Numbered from the stretch's first letter, positions 26,836 through 37,624 are shown. The stretch is DNA of 57,765 nt from a virus (IMGVR_UViG_3300047481_002095:1-57765), one strand, 5' to 3'. Made by a program: numbers and translations. The notes: generated by a model from the sequence alone, not told the origin.

Positions 26836-28053
26836 ATGAAAATTTCCATATTTACACCAACTCACAACACCAAGTATTTGCAAAGGCTTTATCAAACAAT
26901 AAAAAAACAAAGTTATCAGAATTGGGAATGGATTATTTGTCCAAATAATGGTGCTGTTGTTGATATAAAGGACGATCCAAGAGTTGTTGTTTATCCATGT
27001 TCTGGCTCAACAAATATTGGATATTTGAAAAAGTTTGCTTGTTCAAAGGCAATTGGCGAAGTTGTAATTGAAGTTGATCATGATGACGAACTTTTTTCAA
27101 ATGCATTAGAGGAGTGTGCCAAGGCATTTGAAGACCCAACAGTAGACTTTGCCTTTTCAAATTGCTGCGATGTAACAGAAGGATATCAGCCTAGATTTTT
27201 TAATGAAAAGTTTGGATGGGTAAATAGGCCATGTGTGTATGAAGGCAAGCAATTAGTTGAAATGGTTGCATTTCCTCCTGATCCAGCAAGTGTAAGTAAA
27301 ATTTGGTATGCTCCGAATCATTTCAGAGCTTGGAGAAAGTCATTTTATGAACGCATAGGTGGCCATGACGAAAGCATGGATATCTTGGATGACCAAGATA
27401 TTATGTGTAGAACTTATATTCATGGCAAAATGCATCACATAGACAAGCCTCTTTATGTTTATCACTTGCATCCAGAAAATACTTGCTATGGTGAAAAGAA
27501 TGGCAAAATACAAGAATTGTGTGTTGAACTTCATGACAAATATATTTATAAGTTGGTTGACAAGTGGTGTAATATAAACAAATTGAGGAAGATTGACCTT
27601 TGTGGCGGTTTTGACAAGCCATTTGGATATGAAAGCATTGATTTGGCAAATGCGGATATAATTGCAAATCTTAATGATAGATGGCCATTTGAGGATGGAA
27701 GTGTTGGTGTTTTCAGGGCGCATGATGCGCTTGAGCATCTCAAAGACCCAATTCATGTTATGAAAGAGGCCTATAGGTGTCTTGCTCCAAATGGTTGGTT
27801 TTTGACTCAAACTCCTAGCACAGATGGAAGAGGAGCATTCCAAGACCCAACTCATATTTCATTCTGGAACAGTAATAGTTTTTGGTATTACACAAAAGAA
27901 CAAGCAAGATATATCGGCACTCCTGTTAAGTTTCAGTTAAACAGGATCAAGAATTTTTATCCAACTGAATGGCATAAGTTTCATCAAATTGTTTATGTAA
28001 AGGCTGATTTGTTGAAGCCTTCTGGTCGTGTTGCTGGTGGAATGGAAATCTGA
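26836..28053 (+). CDS. GT2 glycosyltransferase fused to a SAM-methyltransferase-like domain
   Basis: ISIFTPTHN, EVDHDD, IGGHD..DD; C-terminal DLCGG...ALEHL.DP..MKE.YR.LAPNG...DPTH. Confidence 0.8.
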   Translation: MKISIFTPTHNTKYLQRLYQTIKKQSYQNWEWIICPNNGAVVDIKDDPRVVVYPCSGSTNIGYLKKFACSKAIGEVVIEVDHDDELFSNALEECAKAFEDPTVDFAFSNCCDVTEGYQPRFFNEKFGWVNRPCVYEGKQLVEMVAFPPDPASVSKIWYAPNHFRAWRKSFYERIGGHDESMDILDDQDIMCRTYIHGKMHHIDKPLYVYHLHPENTCYGEKNGKIQELCVELHDKYIYKLVDKWCNINKLRKIDLCGGFDKPFGYESIDLANADIIANLNDRWPFEDGSVGVFRAHDALEHLKDPIHVMKEAYRCLAPNGWFLTQTPSTDGRGAFQDPTHISFWNSNSFWYYTKEQARYIGTPVKFQLNRIKNFYPTEWHKFHQIVYVKADLLKPSGRVAGGMEI

Positions 28054-28057
28054 GGCA

Positions 28058-29044
28058 ATGATGCAAAACAATAAAAAATTAGATGATTACTTAAAAACCA
28101 CAAAATTGAATCCAAAATCATACAAGAATTTATTTGAATTCGATTCTGATGAATTGGATGAGTATAGTGACAAGAGATTAACTGCATATAGTCAATGGTC
28201 TACATCTGATAATATACACTTTTTTCCAACTGCAAGAACAATTGATAGGCTAATGCCGGGAACATACGATATTAAGAGCAGTCAAAATCACGGCATTTAC
28301 TTTGAAAAGATACCAGTTATAACAAAAGGAATACTTAGGTTTCCAGAAACGAATTCAGATAAAATTGTTCTTGAAATACAAAAGTTTTGGGAAAGAGAAA
28401 ATATATTCAAGGAATACAATTTGACTCATAAGCGTGGGGTTATGTTGTTTGGGCCTCCCGGCTCAGGTAAAAGTTCAACAATAGCATTGGTGATGAAAGA
28501 TGTAATCGAAAGAGGAGGTTTGGTAATCAATTTTGTGAACCCATCTTTGTTTTTGGCTGGAATTAGAAAGTTAAGGGAAATTCAAAAAGAAACTCCTATT
28601 GTTGTTTTGATGGAAGATATTGATTCTATTATTCAAACAACTTCTGAAAGTGAAGTTCTTAATGTTCTTGATGGTGTTAATCAAATAGAAAAAGTTGTAT
28701 TTCTGGCTACTACCAATTATCCAGAAAGGCTTGGAGACAGGATTATCAATCGCCCTAGTCGTTTTGACAAAAGGTTCAAGATAGGACACCCAAATGAAGA
28801 AAGTCGCCGTTTATACTTGGATTTCATCATAGGTGGACAAGAAAAGATAGAAAATCTTGGTATTGATATTGACACTTGGGTCAAGGATACCGATAACTTT
28901 TCAATTGCACACTTGAAGGAATTGTTTATTGCAGTTGTAATACTTGGAGACAAGTATGAGGACGCAATTGAAACATTGACAAGTATGCGTGAAGAGAACT
29001 TGTCGTCAAGTGATGATGACAATAAGAGAAAGATGGGATTCTAA
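28058..29044 (+). CDS. AAA+ ATPase
   Basis: Walker A GPPGSGKS, Walker B VLMEDID, LNVLDG, TTNYPE, RPSRFD. Confidence 0.88.
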   Translation: MMQNNKKLDDYLKTTKLNPKSYKNLFEFDSDELDEYSDKRLTAYSQWSTSDNIHFFPTARTIDRLMPGTYDIKSSQNHGIYFEKIPVITKGILRFPETNSDKIVLEIQKFWERENIFKEYNLTHKRGVMLFGPPGSGKSSTIALVMKDVIERGGLVINFVNPSLFLAGIRKLREIQKETPIVVLMEDIDSIIQTTSESEVLNVLDGVNQIEKVVFLATTNYPERLGDRIINRPSRFDKRFKIGHPNEESRRLYLDFIIGGQEKIENLGIDIDTWVKDTDNFSIAHLKELFIAVVILGDKYEDAIETLTSMREENLSSSDDDNKRKMGF

Positions 29045-29565
29045 TGGAAAAAATTCTTCTTTCAACTGAGTTTATTGTGGTTCTTGACACTAATTCTCCT
29101 TCTTTTGAATTTGCAGAAGATTTGTGTGCTTATTGCACAGGATTTGAATCGGAAAATACAAAAGATAGTTGTATGATGCAGAAATACTACGAATCTTTAT
29201 CAATCAACTGTGGTTTACTTGATCCTGAAAAAGTAAAATATAATATTTTCTCTGGTTATGTTACTGACAAAATGAATCAAGATGGAAACTATTCACCATG
29301 TACTGTTTGGTTAAATAAAAAGTATGGATGCAATACTGATGGAGAATATGCAGAATTAACAGAAAACAATTATGAAGACTTTTCCATGCCAGCACCCTTT
29401 AGCGTTGGAATTTACTTTGAATTAGAACCATCAGATAATCACATTAGACTTCTAAGAGAAAGAGCTATCAAATTTTTTAGTGAGGAATGGAAAACTCCAG
29501 TTCAGTTGGAGGGCATAAGGCTCATCACTAAAACCCTTTATGGCCAAGAAAAAAATCTTGATTGA
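29044..29565 (+). CDS. Hypothetical protein
   Basis: 173-aa ORF coupled by TAATG. Confidence 0.55.
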   Translation: MEKILLSTEFIVVLDTNSPSFEFAEDLCAYCTGFESENTKDSCMMQKYYESLSINCGLLDPEKVKYNIFSGYVTDKMNQDGNYSPCTVWLNKKYGCNTDGEYAELTENNYEDFSMPAPFSVGIYFELEPSDNHIRLLRERAIKFFSEEWKTPVQLEGIRLITKTLYGQEKNLD

Positions 29566-29590
29566 TTGACTTCTCAAATTTTGCTATAAA
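29562..29590 (+). promoter_or_regulatory. Sigma70-type promoter of the dnaE C-terminal gene
   Basis: TTGATT-17 bp-TATAAA with TG extended -10. Confidence 0.5.
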
Positions 29591-29622
29591 AGTCAGATGC
29601 CAAAAACCTTGGATTTGACTTT

Positions 29623-32349
29623 ATGACAGTACAAAAATTTTTGAGTATTTGTGAACAGTCCCTTAAAAGCAAGGGCTTGCATGAAAATCAATCTTATCAA
29701 AAAAGATTGAAGTGGGAAACAGAAGAAATAATTGCCAAAGAAAAGCATCTATATTTCCTTGATTTATATGATAGGAAAGTCAAGTATTCTCACAATCAAA
29801 ACAATTTGCTGGTTTGTTGGTTGATGGGCATAGTTCCCGACCATGACATCAACAAGGAACCAGCTAACTTATTCACAGGCGATTTGCCTGATGTTGATAT
29901 TGATTATATTCCTGTTGTTCGTGACTACTTGAAAAATGAGTGGGCACCTAAAACATTTGGAGAGGAATATGTTTGCAACATTGGCAACTATACAACATTT
30001 GGAATAAAGTCTGCATTGATTGATATGGCAAGAGTTCACGATGAGGATCGTGATGAGGTAATGGCAATCACTAAAAATCTAGATGCAAAGGATGATGAGG
30101 GAAATCCAATCACATGGGACGCAGCACTTAGGCTTGATCCTGAATTCAAGGCATATGTTGAAAAGTATCCTGCTGTTGCAGAAGCCACCAAGAAACTTAT
30201 CAATAGAAACAGAGGAATGGGAGTTCATGCTGGTGGATTGATTGTATCAAGGATTCCTCTTCATGATCTTGTTCCTCTCACAAAAAGAAAAGATAATCCT
30301 CAGGCAAGTGCATGGGTAGAAGGTTTGCATGGACAAGACTTGCAGCCTGTTGGACTTGTTAAATTCGATCTTCTTGTTGTATCGAACTTGTTGCAAATAG
30401 CTCGTTGTTGCGAGATGATCAAAAAGCGTCATGGTCTAGAAAACATTTGTGGCAAAAAAGGAGAACCTGATTGGTCTGATGTTGATGCTTGGAGAAATGA
30501 TCCAAAATCATTGGAAATGGCAAATAATGCAGACTTGAAGTGCATATTCCAATTTGATTCAGAAGGAATTCGTGGATTGGTAAGATCGGGAGGTGTGGAC
30601 AGATTTGAGGACTTGGTTGCTTTTGCGGCGATTTGGAGGCCCGGTTGCTTAAAAGTGTCAATGGATAAGAGGTATGTTGAAAGAAAAAGAGGTCGTGAAA
30701 AGTTTGAAATTCATCCCCTGATAAAACCTGTTCTCGAAAAAACATATGGAGTTATGATTTATCAAGAACAAATTATGCAAATATTAAATCTTGTAGGAAA
30801 TATTCCTCTCAAAGATTGCGAGGCAGTTAGAAAGGCCATTAGCAAAAAGAAATTAGACGCAATTGTCAAGTATAAGGATATGTTCATAGAAAATGGCCAA
30901 AAGAATTTGCAATACACTAAAGAACAGATGGAAGAGTTTTTTAATCAAATACTTTCGTGGTCAGAGTATGGATTTAACGCTGCACATGCAACTGCTTATA
31001 GTTACATATCAGCTTATCTTTTATATTTGAAAGCTCATTATCCATCTGAATTTTATGCAAGCATACTTTCATGTGAAACTGTAACAGAAAAAATTAAAGA
31101 CATTAAGATGGAAGCTAGGATACATGGCATTGATATGCATCGCTTGGATATCAACAAGTCTAAGGAAAATTTTGAGTTGGTGAGAGAAACCATATATTAT
31201 GGTTTTTCAAATGTTAAAGGAATAGGAGAGGGGCCTGCCAAAAAAATTGTTTCAGGACAGCCATATTCATCTTTTGAGGACTTTCTTTTTAGGTGTGGCA
31301 CAGATGCAGCAGTATTAAAACCACTTTTGGGACTTCGCTGTTTTAGGGATCGTGATCCTGTTACTCTTTGGAAATTTGCTGAATATTTCAAAGATAGTCT
31401 CAAGAAAAACACAGACAGAAAAAAGAGATATGACAATTCAATGGAAAGTTATGATTTAGAGTTAGAGGAATTGCTTCCTAATTGTGGCTTCAAATTGCAA
31501 GACCTTTCTGGAGATAGTCCATTTGATAGCGATCAATTCAAATCAAAGTATGACAAAGACGAAGAAATCGAAATAGTTAAAGAATATGAATGTGAAAAGT
31601 CAGAGGGATATGGCAGAATCGAAATGGTATCAGTACCAGTTGTGGAAGGAGAAGTTTTTATTGAAAAGGAAATGATGAGATATTATAAAAAAGTCACAAC
31701 CAAAAAAGTATGGAATAAATGGAAAGAACTCAAGAAGTTGTGGATAAAGAGAACTAGGACAATACAAAAGTTTTCGCAATTTGTTGAAAAGGAAATGCCA
31801 AGATTAACTGAATTTGATCCTGACAAGTATGAAATATCAAAAGAACTTGAAAAGGAATTTAAGAACCCGATAGTTTGTGAAGAAAAGTATTATGGATTTG
31901 CATGGATACATGAGTTGGAAAGAAGTCCTGATTATAAAGGAAATATGACATTTGAATCACTTAGACATTCAGATGGAGTTGTAAGTCCTGTTGAGGTCAG
32001 GGTTTTGAAAGTTGAAAAGAAAACAAGTAAAAAGGGGTCAAGTTATTATCAGGTTTTAGCAGAAGATGTGACTGGACAACAAAATAAAATTAATTTATGG
32101 TCTGATGATTATGAAAGATTTGGTAGAGAATTTGTAAAAGGTAACTTACTTAGATTAAGACTCCAGCCTCCTTCTGGAGGTTTTCCAACATTCTTGTTAG
32201 AGTCAAACTCTGGTATTGGAAGAATGCGATATCAAAAGAAATATCGTGATAAAGAGGATGATCCAAGAGTTTTTGTCATGGCTTTTGGCAAAAAAGAAGA
32301 AGAGAAGTTCATGACAGAACAAGAAGTTTTAGATTCTTTCAAATTATAG
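29623..32349 (+). CDS. dnaE: DNA polymerase III alpha, C-terminal half (catalytic palm, fingers, HhH, OB)
   Basis: PDVDIDY, GVHAGG, GLVKFDLL, IFQFDS, TYGVMIYQEQIM, YGFNAAHATAY, VKGIGE. Confidence 0.92.
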   Translation: MTVQKFLSICEQSLKSKGLHENQSYQKRLKWETEEIIAKEKHLYFLDLYDRKVKYSHNQNNLLVCWLMGIVPDHDINKEPANLFTGDLPDVDIDYIPVVRDYLKNEWAPKTFGEEYVCNIGNYTTFGIKSALIDMARVHDEDRDEVMAITKNLDAKDDEGNPITWDAALRLDPEFKAYVEKYPAVAEATKKLINRNRGMGVHAGGLIVSRIPLHDLVPLTKRKDNPQASAWVEGLHGQDLQPVGLVKFDLLVVSNLLQIARCCEMIKKRHGLENICGKKGEPDWSDVDAWRNDPKSLEMANNADLKCIFQFDSEGIRGLVRSGGVDRFEDLVAFAAIWRPGCLKVSMDKRYVERKRGREKFEIHPLIKPVLEKTYGVMIYQEQIMQILNLVGNIPLKDCEAVRKAISKKKLDAIVKYKDMFIENGQKNLQYTKEQMEEFFNQILSWSEYGFNAAHATAYSYISAYLLYLKAHYPSEFYASILSCETVTEKIKDIKMEARIHGIDMHRLDINKSKENFELVRETIYYGFSNVKGIGEGPAKKIVSGQPYSSFEDFLFRCGTDAAVLKPLLGLRCFRDRDPVTLWKFAEYFKDSLKKNTDRKKRYDNSMESYDLELEELLPNCGFKLQDLSGDSPFDSDQFKSKYDKDEEIEIVKEYECEKSEGYGRIEMVSVPVVEGEVFIEKEMMRYYKKVTTKKVWNKWKELKKLWIKRTRTIQKFSQFVEKEMPRLTEFDPDKYEISKELEKEFKNPIVCEEKYYGFAWIHELERSPDYKGNMTFESLRHSDGVVSPVEVRVLKVEKKTSKKGSSYYQVLAEDVTGQQNKINLWSDDYERFGREFVKGNLLRLRLQPPSGGFPTFLLESNSGIGRMRYQKKYRDKEDDPRVFVMAFGKKEEEKFMTEQEVLDSFKL

Positions 32350-32357
32350 GAATAAAA

Positions 32358-32858
32358 ATGGATAATGATTTTGTAATTGATTCAACTAATTTTGAAAAAT
32401 ACTTTAGGGATTGTCGTATAAGTCGCCCTGAAAGAGGCGATGTAATGGCGAGGTATTCTGCCATAGCTGAGTTTGTTGATGGAAAGATGAAACAGGATAT
32501 TATACATTTGTTGACCAATCATGATAACAAGGCAATAGCAGCAACAAATGTAATGAGAAAGTTGGGCTGTGCCACAGAAAGTGAAGCAATAAGAATATGC
32601 AAGGAAGTAACAGAAGATTTGGCAAATGGAATGACTGAAAAGGAAGTAGAGGAAAAAGCTTACAGATATAAGATGGAAATATTTTATTATGTGAAGAAAG
32701 AGTATGTTCCAGAAAATGATCCTCATTGGACAATAATCAGTATTACAAATTTAGACAAATTTTTGGATAGTACAAATCAATTGGTATCAATTAAAAGCAA
32801 GATTATTGAACAGGAGTGTTCAAGTGAAGACAAAAAAGTGCAAGAAGCAAGCGTATGA
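32358..32858 (+). CDS. Hypothetical protein
   Basis: 166-aa ORF with RBS. Confidence 0.55.
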   Translation: MDNDFVIDSTNFEKYFRDCRISRPERGDVMARYSAIAEFVDGKMKQDIIHLLTNHDNKAIAATNVMRKLGCATESEAIRICKEVTEDLANGMTEKEVEEKAYRYKMEIFYYVKKEYVPENDPHWTIISITNLDKFLDSTNQLVSIKSKIIEQECSSEDKKVQEASV

Positions 32859-33408
32859 TTCTGAAGTAATACTAATTGAAACACCATATAAGCCTAGTTT
32901 CGGAGCTTTTGCACGAACACAAAAAATAGATGATAACATTCACAAAGTGGATCATTGGTTTTTTTGCAGGGACTTGTTTCATAATGTTTTGTGGAATTTG
33001 AAATTATTTTTTTATAGCATAAAGGCTAATAAGTGTAATTCAGTATCAGCCTTTATGCAAGAAATAGAAGAAAAGTTAAATGTAAATCCAAGATCGCAAT
33101 TCGGAATTACACAAAACAATAAGATTATGTGGGTCAAGCCAAGTCCATGGTGGACTGCATTTGGAATGAGAAGGTCTCTTTTTACAATATTGTTAAGAGC
33201 GGCTCTGAATTACAGCACATCAAAGAAAAATTTCATGGAAGCTGTAAATTCTGAAAAGTATTTGTCTACAACCACTTATGCTTTTGAAAGGTTCATGTCT
33301 GGCAATACTAAATACGCCGGACACAAAAGAGGATGGTATAAACAGTTTTGCGAAAAGAATTTAAGTCATGAAGAAATTGATAAGCTATTGATAAAACCTA
33401 TCAAGTAG
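32806..33408 (+). CDS. Hypothetical protein
   Basis: About 200-aa ORF; start uncertain. Confidence 0.5.
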   Translation: MNRSVQVKTKKCKKQAYDSEVILIETPYKPSFGAFARTQKIDDNIHKVDHWFFCRDLFHNVLWNLKLFFYSIKANKCNSVSAFMQEIEEKLNVNPRSQFGITQNNKIMWVKPSPWWTAFGMRRSLFTILLRAALNYSTSKKNFMEAVNSEKYLSTTTYAFERFMSGNTKYAGHKRGWYKQFCEKNLSHEEIDKLLIKPIK

Positions 33409-33477
33409 TGACATATATAATTTAATCTGCATTTCAGAAAATAAATGTATAAAGGATTCATAATATAGAGGTACAAT

Positions 33478-34083
33478 ATGAGCAGCATGATGGATGATAT
33501 CAATAAGTACGCTAAAATTTGGGATAGTGCTTTGGCAAAAGGCATTTTTGATAATGCTCCCAAACCTCCAGCACCAGCAGAACCAGAAGCTAGTGCAGAC
33601 TTTTTTGGGCAACTAAAAACAGGCGAATATGATATTGATGGCCCTCTTCATTTAAATGAAGGTGAGGTAAAGTATTGGGCAGAAATGGCTAAGTCCGCTG
33701 GCATTCGTTCTGCTTATCATATGCCATTGAATGAAGAAAAAGAAATGGACAAGCCAACCATCAAGAAAAGGTCTAACAAACTTGGCAGTACATTTAATCC
33801 TGTTTATCCTAATACAGTTGGCAAAGATCAAGACTTAGGCACACCTGTCAAGGTCACTCAGAATTGGGGTGTGGGTGGCAAAGAGTTGAATGATCTTGAG
33901 GACTTGAAAAAGAGGTTTTACGACTTGGAAGTCAAACTCAGTCAGGCTGGTATTATCAAGGCTGAAAAAGGCAAAAAGAAAAAAGCAGACTCTGAAAGCA
34001 CAATACTAAAAGGAATGGATGACCTTAAAAAGCAAATAGATGAGTTGAGCGACAAGCTCAATGGAAATAATTCAGACGATTGA
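33478..34083 (+). CDS. Hypothetical protein, possible head-associated protein
   Basis: GAGG RBS; repeated LNE motifs and a coiled-coil C-terminus. Confidence 0.5.
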   Translation: MSSMMDDINKYAKIWDSALAKGIFDNAPKPPAPAEPEASADFFGQLKTGEYDIDGPLHLNEGEVKYWAEMAKSAGIRSAYHMPLNEEKEMDKPTIKKRSNKLGSTFNPVYPNTVGKDQDLGTPVKVTQNWGVGGKELNDLEDLKKRFYDLEVKLSQAGIIKAEKGKKKKADSESTILKGMDDLKKQIDELSDKLNGNNSDD

Positions 34084-34169
34084 TGTGCTTTAAAAAATAA
34101 AATAAAGAACCTTTTTAAAAAAGAGGCTTTTTATTTTTTGGTGCATATAATTTCTTAGGGGGAAATTAT

Positions 34170-34700
34170 ATGTCTATGCCATGGAAAGCGAATAATGAAG
34201 TATTTCAACTATTGTCTATTGTAAAGAGCAAGCATCATTCTCCACGATTGGATGATTGTTCTGTAGCTGTGTGTTTCGATGAAACAAAAGCATTTGTTAA
34301 AAACAAATTGAATTTAGGAAAGTTGAATAAGTTTAGTGCTACTGCTAAATTGTGGCAAGTTGAAAAATATGACTTTTGTTTAACAATATCAATTGATTTG
34401 TGGACAGATGTTTTGAAGCCTTCTGACAGGGAAGCATATCTTGATTTAATGCTTACAAGAATTGATATGGAATACATTCCTGAAACAATTGAGGAAAATG
34501 GAAAGAACAAGAAAGTATTGGATGAGTTTGGAAGAATCCAATATAGCAATGTTCCTAAAACAGACAAGGATGGTCATGTCAAGTGGAAGATTGATCCTCT
34601 TGATTTGGAAGTTTTTGCCAAGAATGTTCGTAAATATGGTTTGTGGCAAGAAGATTTGCTTGTTTTGAAAGAAGCTATTCTTGCCGCTGACGGGGGGTAA
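34170..34700 (+). CDS. Putative phage metallopeptidase-like protein (degenerate)
   Basis: KHHSPRL, YDFCLTI..D.W, DLEVF...VRKYGLW; no HELxH. Confidence 0.45.
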   Translation: MSMPWKANNEVFQLLSIVKSKHHSPRLDDCSVAVCFDETKAFVKNKLNLGKLNKFSATAKLWQVEKYDFCLTISIDLWTDVLKPSDREAYLDLMLTRIDMEYIPETIEENGKNKKVLDEFGRIQYSNVPKTDKDGHVKWKIDPLDLEVFAKNVRKYGLWQEDLLVLKEAILAADGG

Positions 34701-35121
34701 TTTGAAAAATTCCAAGATTATTGAACTTACAGTTTTAGGACTATGGCTACTGATAGCCATAGTCTTGTTGTTAAGAACAAAGTCACAAGATGAAGTTATC
34801 AATCCCATCAATAACAATTCAATTGTTGAGGCAAATAAAAATTACGAAATTAAAAAAATAACAGTATTTGATGCAAACACATTTGATATAACATTAAAAG
34901 ATGATCTTTTAAAAAGAATATCTGCTTGCTTGTCTGTTAAGTCTTCTCTTGATTCAAAGAAAAAGATAATTGAATTATTCAATCATGCTCAAAATCCAGT
35001 AGTCTCTCTCAAACAAAAAAATAGTGATGGCAAATGGTTGGTTGAAATATTTTTGGATCATGATGGCAAAAAAGTTCAAATGACAGAATGGTTGAAAAAC
35101 AACAATCTTGTTTATCAGTAA
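34681..35121 (+). CDS. Membrane-anchored thermonuclease (SNase)-fold-like protein, degenerate
   Basis: TM helix, then ITVFDANTFDITL...DGKWLVEIF...TEWLKNNNL. Confidence 0.4.
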   Translation: MPLTGGNLKNSKIIELTVLGLWLLIAIVLLLRTKSQDEVINPINNNSIVEANKNYEIKKITVFDANTFDITLKDDLLKRISACLSVKSSLDSKKKIIELFNHAQNPVVSLKQKNSDGKWLVEIFLDHDGKKVQMTEWLKNNNLVYQ

Positions 35122-35133
35122 CTCTATTATCTT

Positions 35134-35319
35134 ATGCAAAATTTCATGATTAGATGCCATAAGTGCAGATGGGCAAGGCTTTCTAGTGGACTAACACCAG
35201 ATTTGGCAGATTTGACTGAAATTAAAAAGTGTCAGACTTGTGGTTCTGTTCGCCAATTCAAGTGTCCAAAGTGCGGTCTTCCTGCTAAAATGACAAGGAT
35301 TAAGAGAAACAATACATGA
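35134..35319 (+). CDS. Small zinc-finger protein
   Basis: CHKC, CQTC, CPKC. Confidence 0.6.
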   Translation: MQNFMIRCHKCRWARLSSGLTPDLADLTEIKKCQTCGSVRQFKCPKCGLPAKMTRIKRNNT

Positions 35320-36485
35320 AGTTTTTTTCGTCATGTAAAAGAAATATGGGAAATGGCGAGTTGCTTGAAAAAGAAGACTTGCTAACTGATCTCAAATTTT
35401 ATGTTCATAAATTCAACAAAAGACCAAGGCCAGAAAACAAAGATAGGATTTTGATAATCAGTTGTTTCTCAGAGTTTGGATGTGAAACAATTGGATTGAT
35501 GTACTGCATACCAAAACTTCTTGCAAGTAATCCCGGTGCTTATGTTATTTGTGTTGGGTGGCATGGAAGAGAATATTTATACAGGCATTTATCTGATGAG
35601 TTTTGGGAAGTAGAAGAAAAGGCCATGCAGTTCAGGGATTGTGCCAATGCATTTTCCAACACATCACGAAATATAAAAAAACTTGAAAAAATGCTTGAAG
35701 CATATGGAAATGTCACACAAGTTTCAAGAATGGGTTATATGTGCGTTGGCAATACCTGTGACATATGCAAGAAATTCTGGTTTGCGGGAGATGTGGTAAT
35801 TTGCCCTAATTGTTATTCACATAGCGTTACAAAAGGCATATTGGCAGATGTTTCATACCATAAAAAGTTTGCAGTCCAAGTGCCGAGGCCTTCAATTAAA
35901 AAACAGGAAATGGCCAAGAAGTATTTGAAAGAAAATTCTGTTGGCATATTTGCAAGGGGTAGAAAGCTTTATGGCCGTAATTTACAACCTGAATTTTATG
36001 TCAAGTTGATAAAGTTTCTTGAAGACAAAGGATACAATCCTATTTGGCTTGGAGAAAAACAAAGCACATTGAAATGTCCTCTTGAACACATCACCGATTT
36101 TAGCAGGATGCCAGAATCAAGAGACTTGGAATTGACTTTGGCATTGATAACAAACTTGAAGTTCACAGTTCAATTCTGGACTGCATCAACAAGGCTTGCA
36201 AGTATGATGGGAGTGCCTTGGATACTTTTTGAAAGTCCAGATCAGATAGTCGGAAATGGTCAGGAAGGAAAGAGAATAGCACTCACAACTGATCAAAATA
36301 AGAAAAAGTTGATATTGGCACACTTTTGTAAAGTTTATGAAAACCATGATATGGCTTTGTCAGTATTGAATGATGGAATAGAACAGATAAAACAAGACAA
36401 TTGGGATGATATAGTGGGAATGGTTGATTTTGAAGATATAGTTGGAAGTATGTTGAAAAAACAAGATGAGTGGAGGGGGATGTGA
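35316..36485 (+). CDS. GT-B (GT9-like) glycosyltransferase with zinc-ribbon insert
   Basis: SEFGCE, VGIFARGR, PIWLGE, TASTRLASMMGVP; CDIC/CPNC insert. Confidence 0.55.
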   Translation: MKFFSSCKRNMGNGELLEKEDLLTDLKFYVHKFNKRPRPENKDRILIISCFSEFGCETIGLMYCIPKLLASNPGAYVICVGWHGREYLYRHLSDEFWEVEEKAMQFRDCANAFSNTSRNIKKLEKMLEAYGNVTQVSRMGYMCVGNTCDICKKFWFAGDVVICPNCYSHSVTKGILADVSYHKKFAVQVPRPSIKKQEMAKKYLKENSVGIFARGRKLYGRNLQPEFYVKLIKFLEDKGYNPIWLGEKQSTLKCPLEHITDFSRMPESRDLELTLALITNLKFTVQFWTASTRLASMMGVPWILFESPDQIVGNGQEGKRIALTTDQNKKKLILAHFCKVYENHDMALSVLNDGIEQIKQDNWDDIVGMVDFEDIVGSMLKKQDEWRGM

Positions 36486-37624
36486 ATTCTGTTGCTGAGT
36501 TTTTAAGAAGGGCATCAGAGAGAAATGGTTTCAACAGAGACTATTTTGAGGAACGCAAGATACCAACTGACTTTACAAATGTTTGTATAATGCCTTTTTT
36601 TGGCGATTTAAGGTCAACAACGATTTTGTCTTCATATTTGTTGCAAAGAATTAGGCAAGAAACAAGAGGCTCCAAGTATTTCATACTTGCATCATGGCCG
36701 GGATTAGGGGGACTATTTCCTTATACTGATGAGTATTGGTCTTTGAATGATGATTCAATAATTAAAAAGTTTTATGAGAACTCTGAGGGACTAAGAAATA
36801 GGTCTGACTTGAACACCATTTATATTCGCAATATGAATGAGTTTTTCAGGGATGTATTGGATGGAAGTGAATTGCAAAAGTATTACAGAAATGGATTCTT
36901 GAACAACTTTTTTGAAAAGTTTACAAATACAAAAAGATTTTTGCCATTCATACCAAGTTCAACGATTATTGGCAAGGAATTCAACAAGTACATGACTATC
37001 AAGTCTGGTTATAAAATCTTCATTCATCCAACTTATTTTTCAAAAGTATGGCAAAATGGAATTAGTGAAAATGTAAGATCAAGCAAAGAATTTTATATTG
37101 AGTTATGCAAGTTTTTGTCTGAAAACAATATGACTCCTGTTGTGTGGCAAAACTTTTTGTCACATGACATATCGGAGGAAGTAAAAGAATACTCAATCAT
37201 TTTGAGAGAAACAGATATTATCAAAGCAATGTCTGCAATGAGGTCTTGCAGTTGTGCTTTGGATACATTCAATGGTATTTCAAGACTTGCTTTAATAGCT
37301 AGGTGTCCTTTCATGTGCATGGATGAAAGGTCTAGGTATTCTGGCACAAGAGAATATGAGATTGATGATTTGAGTGGTCAAAATATTCCTCGTCATTATA
37401 TTTTTTCATTTTCTACTATTTTAACAGAGGGCGATATTTCAATTTGGAACAGGGACACATTTCCAACAATAAAAAATAAGTTGGATAACTTTTTGCCCGA
37501 TCTAAATCGTGATGATTGGCCTACAACTGTGGAATCTAATGAAAATTTACCATATGAAAAGTTTGTGCTGCCACATAAGAAAAAAAAGATAGGCACAAGG
37601 TTCATAAGGGTTCCAAAAGAATAG
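36470..37624 (+). CDS. GT-B (GT9-like) glycosyltransferase-related protein
   Basis: FFGDL, IFIHP, DTFNGISRLALIARCP; adjacent paralog-like gene. Confidence 0.45.
   Translation: MEGDVNSVAEFLRRASERNGFNRDYFEERKIPTDFTNVCIMPFFGDLRSTTILSSYLLQRIRQETRGSKYFILASWPGLGGLFPYTDEYWSLNDDSIIKKFYENSEGLRNRSDLNTIYIRNMNEFFRDVLDGSELQKYYRNGFLNNFFEKFTNTKRFLPFIPSSTIIGKEFNKYMTIKSGYKIFIHPTYFSKVWQNGISENVRSSKEFYIELCKFLSENNMTPVVWQNFLSHDISEEVKEYSIILRETDIIKAMSAMRSCSCALDTFNGISRLALIARCPFMCMDERSRYSGTREYEIDDLSGQNIPRHYIFSFSTILTEGDISIWNRDTFPTIKNKLDNFLPDLNRDDWPTTVESNENLPYEKFVLPHKKKKIGTRFIRVPKE

Noticed and set aside
21331-29622. Region between the dnaE halves as a giant intron
   Set aside because: Contains ordinary genes on both strands and a tmRNA, shows no group I/II features, and the second half has its own promoter and start
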